This document shows, piece by piece, positions 57,572 to 64,000 of a stretch of DNA of 64,000 nucleotides (its first letter is position 1; each line of letters begins with the position of its first letter). Source of the stretch: Escherichia coli (GTDB taxonomy: Bacteria; Pseudomonadota; Gammaproteobacteria; Enterobacterales; Enterobacteriaceae); assembly GCF_050920415.1 (NCBI RefSeq), contig NZ_CP169309.1; one strand, given 5' to 3'. The notes under the pieces are model-generated. The model had not been told where the DNA came from, did no database searches, and saw only the letters and a list, made by a program, of their open reading frames with translations. The position numbers and the translations under genes were made by a program.

Positions 57572-57716
57572 GTTTATATTGCCTCCATGCGAAGAAGGGA
57601 CTACCATCCGAGTTGTTGAGGTTCGGAGTGGCAGCCCCAGGGTTGATAGAAATATCTCCTGGGGCTTCATCTTTCCAGACCTCAGAGTAAACCTGAAACC
57701 GGAAAGCTTCAGGCAC
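57483..57716 (-). CDS. mok-like overlapping reading frame, copy 2
   Basis: 77-codon [12 protein letters not shown].. starting 145 nt upstream of hok and ending inside it in a different frame; mok-like arrangement. Confidence 0.45.
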   Translation of the reverse strand: MPEAFRFQVYSEVWKDEAPGDISINPGAATPNLNNSDGSPFFAWRQYKHADEICPCGGHSAVFDSAGIYASGRRLAV

Positions 57717-57921
57717 CCGCCGTTATCTTACCCTTCCTTAGCAAAATGGCTGTTTATTTATACAGTGAGTCCTGTTTCGGACTTCTGTTGGCAAAACTGA
57801 TCATTGCTCTTAAAACGACATCGCCCGCAGCCATCACTGACCGCGGGCGAAAGTGTAAAGCAGGTGCCTTACCATCCTGACCTGACAACCGGATATGCGG
57901 GGATTACTCCCCGCACAACGG

Positions 57922-58074
57922 CTACTTCTTCGGTTCGTAAGCGAGAACAGCCTTAAACTCAATATTACGTTCCTTCACCGTAAACTCACACAGCGAGTCT
58001 CCGACCAGAACCGTAAATCCCAGCACCGTCAAACACAGCACTATGACTGCCACAAGGGCATATTTCGTCAGCAT
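57922..58074 (-). CDS. hokE: Hok-family toxin, copy 3 (..[32 protein letters not shown]), adjacent to ybdK
   Basis: 50-aa Hok ORF closest to ybdK. Confidence 0.88.
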   Translation of the reverse strand: MLTKYALVAVIVLCLTVLGFTVLVGDSLCEFTVKERNIEFKAVLAYEPKK

Positions 58075-58219
58075 GTTTATATTGCCTCCATGCGAAGAAG
58101 GGACTACCATCCAAATTGTTTGGGTTTGGAGTGGCAGCCCCAGGGTTGATAGAAATATCTCCTGGGGCTTCATCTTTCCAGACCTCAGAGTAAACCTGAA
58201 ACCGGAAAGCTTCAGGCAC
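57986..58219 (-). CDS. mok-like overlapping reading frame, copy 3
   Basis: 77-codon ORF paralogous to 57483-57716. Confidence 0.45.
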   Translation of the reverse strand: MPEAFRFQVYSEVWKDEAPGDISINPGAATPNPNNLDGSPFFAWRQYKHADEICPCGSHSAVFDGAGIYGSGRRLAV

Positions 58220-58515
58220 CCGCCGTTATCTTACCCTTCCTCAACAAAATAGCTGTTTATTTATACAGTTAGTCTTATTTCGGACTTCTCACTACGCATC
58301 AGATCAACCGAAACTAAACCAATTTTTCCTTCGCCCCTCAATCGTCAAAATTCTCCGCCGCCAGCCAGCTCTGCCATAACTTGGCACATTGCAAAAGTAG
58401 CCAAATTGCTTCAGTAGCAATCAGTTCACCATCACCAAAAAAAGAAACATTCCAGAACTTCCGCATCTCTCCCGGCCGCTCCCACTTCTATACTCAAATG
58501 AAAACGCCAACATAA

Positions 58516-59643
<1,128 letters not shown>

Positions 59644-59708
59644 GTCGGGAATTGCCTTACAGAAGAATATCCCTGACAATGGTGTTTTAACTTACATTTA
59701 ACAATGTT

Positions 59709-59957
59709 ATGAAACACCCTTTAGAAACTTTGACCACCGCAGCAGGCATTTTGCTGATGGCTTTCCTCTCTTGCCTGCTGCTGCCCGCCCCCGCACTGGG
59801 GCTGACGCTGGCACAAAAACTGGTGAGCACGTTCCATCTGATGGATCTTAGCCAGCTTTACACTTTATTGTTTTGCCTGTGGTTTTTAGTGCTGGGCGCA
59901 ATTGAGTATTTTGTTCTGCGCTTTATCTGGCAACGCTGGTTCTCACTGGCGGATTAA
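59709..59957 (+). CDS. ybdJ: Small inner-membrane protein YbdJ
   Basis: 82-aa ORF with two predicted TM helices. Confidence 0.85.
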   Translation: MKHPLETLTTAAGILLMAFLSCLLLPAPALGLTLAQKLVSTFHLMDLSQLYTLLFCLWFLVLGAIEYFVLRFIWQRWFSLAD

Positions 59958-60021
59958 ACGTCGATTATCGCCGTACTTCACGGCATACTTTGCTTATTCT
60001 CCTTCGCCTAAAGGAACGTTT

Positions 60022-60390
60022 ATGGATAAGCAATCACTGCACGAAACGGCGAAACGCCTGGCCCTTGAGTTACCCTTTGTCGAGCTTTGCTGGCCTTTTG
60101 GCCCGGAGTTCGATGTCTTTAAAATTGGCGGCAAGATTTTTATGCTGTCGTCGGAGCTGCGCGGCGTCCCCTTTATCAATTTGAAGTCCGATCCACAAAA
60201 ATCCCTGTTAAATCAGCAGATATACCCGAGCATTAAGCCAGGGTATCACATGAATAAGAAGCACTGGATTTCAGTGTATCCAGGCGATGAGATCTCCGAA
60301 GCGTTACTGCGCGATCTTATCGATGATTCATGGAATTTAGTGGTTGATGGCTTATCTAAACGCGATCAAAAAAGAGTGCGCCCAGACTAA
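60022..60390 (+). CDS. ybdF: Uncharacterised protein YbdF (YjbR/MmcQ-like)
   Basis: 122-aa ORF from [15 protein letters not shown]; ORF-track upstream extension overlaps ybdJ and was trimmed. Confidence 0.88.
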   Translation: MDKQSLHETAKRLALELPFVELCWPFGPEFDVFKIGGKIFMLSSELRGVPFINLKSDPQKSLLNQQIYPSIKPGYHMNKKHWISVYPGDEISEALLRDLIDDSWNLVVDGLSKRDQKRVRPD

Positions 60391-60484
60391 AAGCGAAAAT
60401 CTATAGCGCATTTTTCTCGCTTACCATTTCTCGTTGAACCTTGTAATCTGCTGGCACGCAAAATTACTTACACATGGAGTCTTT

Positions 60485-61138
60485 ATGGATATCATTTCTG
60501 TCGCCTTAAAGCGTCATTCCACTAAGGCATTTGATGCCAGCAAAAAACTTACCCCGGAACAGGCCGAGCAGATCAAAACGCTGCTGCAATACAGCCCATC
60601 CAGCACCAACTCCCAGCCGTGGCATTTTATTGTTGCCAGCACGGAAGAAGGCAAAGCGCGTGTTGCCAAATCCGCTGCCGGTAATTACGTGTTCAACGAG
60701 CGCAAAATGCTTGATGCCTCGCACGTCGTGGTGTTCTGTGCAAAAACCGCGATGGACGATGCCTGGCTGAAACAGGTTGTTGACCAGGAAGATGCCGATG
60801 GCCGCTTTGCCACGCCGGAAGCGAAAGCTGCGAACGATAAAGGTCGCAAATTCTTCGCCGATATGCACCGTAAAGATCTGCATGATGATGCGCAGTGGAT
60901 GGCAAAACAGGTTTACCTCAACGTCGGTAACTTCCTGCTGGGCGTTGCGGCGCTGGGTCTGGACGCGGTACCCATCGAAGGTTTTGACGCCGCAATCCTC
61001 GATGAAGAATTTGGTCTGAAAGAGAAAGGCTACACCAGCCTGGTGGTGGTTCCAGTGGGCCATCATAGCGTAGAGGATTTTAACGCGACTCTGCCGAAAT
61101 CTCGTCTGCCGCAAAGTATCACCTTAACCGAAGTGTAA
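60485..61138 (+). CDS. nfsB: Oxygen-insensitive NAD(P)H nitroreductase NfsB
   Basis: 217-aa ORF from [17 protein letters not shown]; nitroreductase family. Confidence 0.95.
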   Translation: MDIISVALKRHSTKAFDASKKLTPEQAEQIKTLLQYSPSSTNSQPWHFIVASTEEGKARVAKSAAGNYVFNERKMLDASHVVVFCAKTAMDDAWLKQVVDQEDADGRFATPEAKAANDKGRKFFADMHRKDLHDDAQWMAKQVYLNVGNFLLGVAALGLDAVPIEGFDAAILDEEFGLKEKGYTSLVVVPVGHHSVEDFNATLPKSRLPQSITLTEV

Positions 61139-61197
61139 TTCTCCCTTGCCGGGCATCTGCCCGGCTATTTCCCCTCAGATTATCCTGATTTGCATAA

Positions 61198-62493
<1,296 letters not shown>

Positions 62494-62495
62494 TT

Positions 62496-62532
62496 AAAAA
62501 ACCGCTCTCATCGAATGGATGAGAGCGGTTTA
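62496..62532. terminator. Bidirectional terminator between convergent ybdG and pheP
   Basis: aaaaaa-accgctctcatc-gaatg-gatgagagcggt-tt perfect 12-bp stem. Confidence 0.75.
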
Positions 62533-62551
62533 GGATGGTCGACATCGTTTT

Positions 62552-62632
62552 GTCGGATGTAGCGTGAACACCTTATCCGACTTACAGAATCGTTACAAAT
62601 TGTAGGCCCGATAAGCTTGCGCATCGGGCAAA
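62552..62632. repeat. BIME (two REP palindromes) downstream of pheP
   Basis: gtcggatgtagcgtgaacaccttatccgacttac and gtaggcccgataagcttgcgcatcgggca. Confidence 0.7.
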
Positions 62633-62648
62633 TCAGCCTCACATCAGC

Positions 62649-64000
62649 TTAATTCGCTTTTCTACGCAATGTTTTAAACGCCACAAACAGGAATACAATC
62701 CACACCGGCAGCAAAATTGCCGACAAGCGCATATCATCCATCGTGCACATCAGCAGCAAAATCATGCCGAGGAAGGCAATGCAAAGATAATTGCCGAATG
62801 GATAAAGCAGCGCTTTAAACTGTGTTTCACGCCCCTGACGTCGCATCGCCGCGCGAAAACGCAGATGCGCCAGACAGATCATAATCCAGTTCAACAGCAA
62901 CGTTGCCACCACCAGCGCCATCAGCAGACCAAATGCTTTTTGCGGCAGCAGATAGTTGATCAGCACCACCAGAGAAGTGATCGCCCCGGAAAGCATCAGC
63001 GAGTTGATCGGCACACCGCGATGGCTAACGCGGGTAAGAAACTTCGGTGCATTACCCTGCACAGAAAGACCAAACAGCATCCGGCTGTTGGAGTAAACCC
63101 CGCTGTTGTATACCGATAATGATGCTACCAGAATGACGAAGTTCAGCGCAGAAGCCACCACATTGCTGTCAAGATTATGAAAAATCATCACAAACGGACT
63201 ACTGTTAGATTTCACTTCCACCCACGGGTAGAGTGCCAGTAATACCACCAGCGAACCGATATAAAACAGCAGAATGCGATACACCACCTGATTTACCGCT
63301 TTTGGAATGCTTTTTTCCGGCTCGCGCGCTTCAGCAGCAGTAATCCCAATCAGTTCCAGCCCGCCGAAGGAGAACATAATCACCGCCAGCGACAAAATCA
63401 GCCCATTCCAGCCAGTGGCAAAGAAACCACCGTAGCGCCAGAGGTTGTCGATACTGGCTTTCTCACCGCCGTGACCAGAAAACAGCAGCCACAGGCCAAA
63501 GCCAATCATGCCGATAATTGCCAGCACTTTAATCAGCGCAAACCAGAACTCAGTTTCGCCATATAAGCGCACGTTCACCAGGTTAACGGCGTTGATGATA
63601 ATAAAGAAGGCGGCAGCCCAGATCCAGGTGGGAACATCCGGGAACCAGTACTGCATATAGATGCCCGCAGCGGTGAGTTCAGCCATCCCCACCAGTACGA
63701 ACATCACCCAGTAGTTCCAGCCTGAGAGGAAGCCCGCAAACGGTCCCCAGTATTTATAGGCAAAGTGGGCAAACGAACCGGATACCGGCTCCTCAACCAC
63801 CATCTCGCCAAGCTGGCGCATGATCAGGAAAGCAATGATCCCGGCGACGCCGTAGCCCAACAATACAGCCGGACCTGCCATCTGAATCGCCGGGCCAATG
63901 CCAAGAAACAGACCAGTACCAATAGCGCCACCCAGCGCAATCAGTTGAATATGACGGTTATGTAATCCGCGATGAAGCGTCGGCTCTTTATTCGACGCAG
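62649..64000 (-). CDS. pheP: Phenylalanine-specific permease PheP (APC family); C-terminal ~450 aa, N-terminus beyond window end
   Basis: Minus-strand frame open to the window edge, stop at 62649-62651; amino-acid permease sequence matching PheP; synteny next to ybdG. Confidence 0.9.
   Translation of the reverse strand, partial: ASNKEPTLHRGLHNRHIQLIALGGAIGTGLFLGIGPAIQMAGPAVLLGYGVAGIIAFLIMRQLGEMVVEEPVSGSFAHFAYKYWGPFAGFLSGWNYWVMFVLVGMAELTAAGIYMQYWFPDVPTWIWAAAFFIIINAVNLVNVRLYGETEFWFALIKVLAIIGMIGFGLWLLFSGHGGEKASIDNLWRYGGFFATGWNGLILSLAVIMFSFGGLELIGITAAEAREPEKSIPKAVNQVVYRILLFYIGSLVVLLALYPWVEVKSNSSPFVMIFHNLDSNVVASALNFVILVASLSVYNSGVYSNSRMLFGLSVQGNAPKFLTRVSHRGVPINSLMLSGAITSLVVLINYLLPQKAFGLLMALVVATLLLNWIMICLAHLRFRAAMRRQGRETQFKALLYPFGNYLCIAFLGMILLLMCTMDDMRLSAILLPVWIVFLFVAFKTLRRKAN

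Larger units (their letters stand above)
56817..58300. repeat. Tandem array of three ~502-bp hok/mok/sok-type type I toxin-antitoxin units
   Basis: Units begin cgcccgcagccatcactgacc at ~56817, ~57319 and ~57822 with ~95% identity; each carries a minus-strand 50-aa Hok ORF. Confidence 0.85.

Noticed and set aside
56817-58300. Possibility that the ~500-bp tandem repeats are a CRISPR array or IS element
   Set aside because: Unit length is ~502 bp with no short repeat-spacer periodicity, and no transposase or terminal inverted repeats; content is hok/mok toxin ORFs.

Overview
This window is about 64 kb of Escherichia coli chromosome, recognised from the translated ORFs and gene order, not from any database search. 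It runs mrdA(3' end)-rodA-rlpA-dacA-ybeD-lipB-ybeF-lipA | tatE-ybeM | crcB | cspE-pagP | dcuC | dpiBA | citCDEFXG-citT | rna-rnk-uspG | ahpCF | dsbG | ybdO-ybdN-ybdM | ybdL | ybdH | ybdD-cstA | entHABEC | fepB | entS | fepDGC | fepE-entF-ybdZ-fes | fepA-entD | hok x3 | ybdK-ybdJ-ybdF-nfsB-ybdG | pheP(3' part). That is the K-12 ~0.60-0.67 Mb region in inverted orientation. Almost all of it is conserved core genome (cell-wall genes, lipoate synthesis, citrate fermentation, the complete enterobactin locus with Fur boxes). From memory of the K-12 map, four places appear to differ from K-12: (1) an AT-rich ~0.65 kb insertion between cstA and entH carrying an unassigned 140-aa acidic ORF with a strong RBS; (2) three tandem ~502-bp hok/mok/sok-type toxin units between entD and ybdK, where K-12 has one hokE plus IS186; (3) no ybdR between rnk and uspG, with a 29-codon hydrophobic ORF in the gap; (4) an intact ybeM. 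The AT-rich ybdO-ybdN-ybdM module (IbrA/IbrB-like) is also worth attention. I found no rRNA, tRNA, CRISPR array, IS element or prophage. Six-frame ORF starts were trimmed to the start matching the known protein N-terminus where I recognised it; all K-12 comparisons need alignment to confirm.
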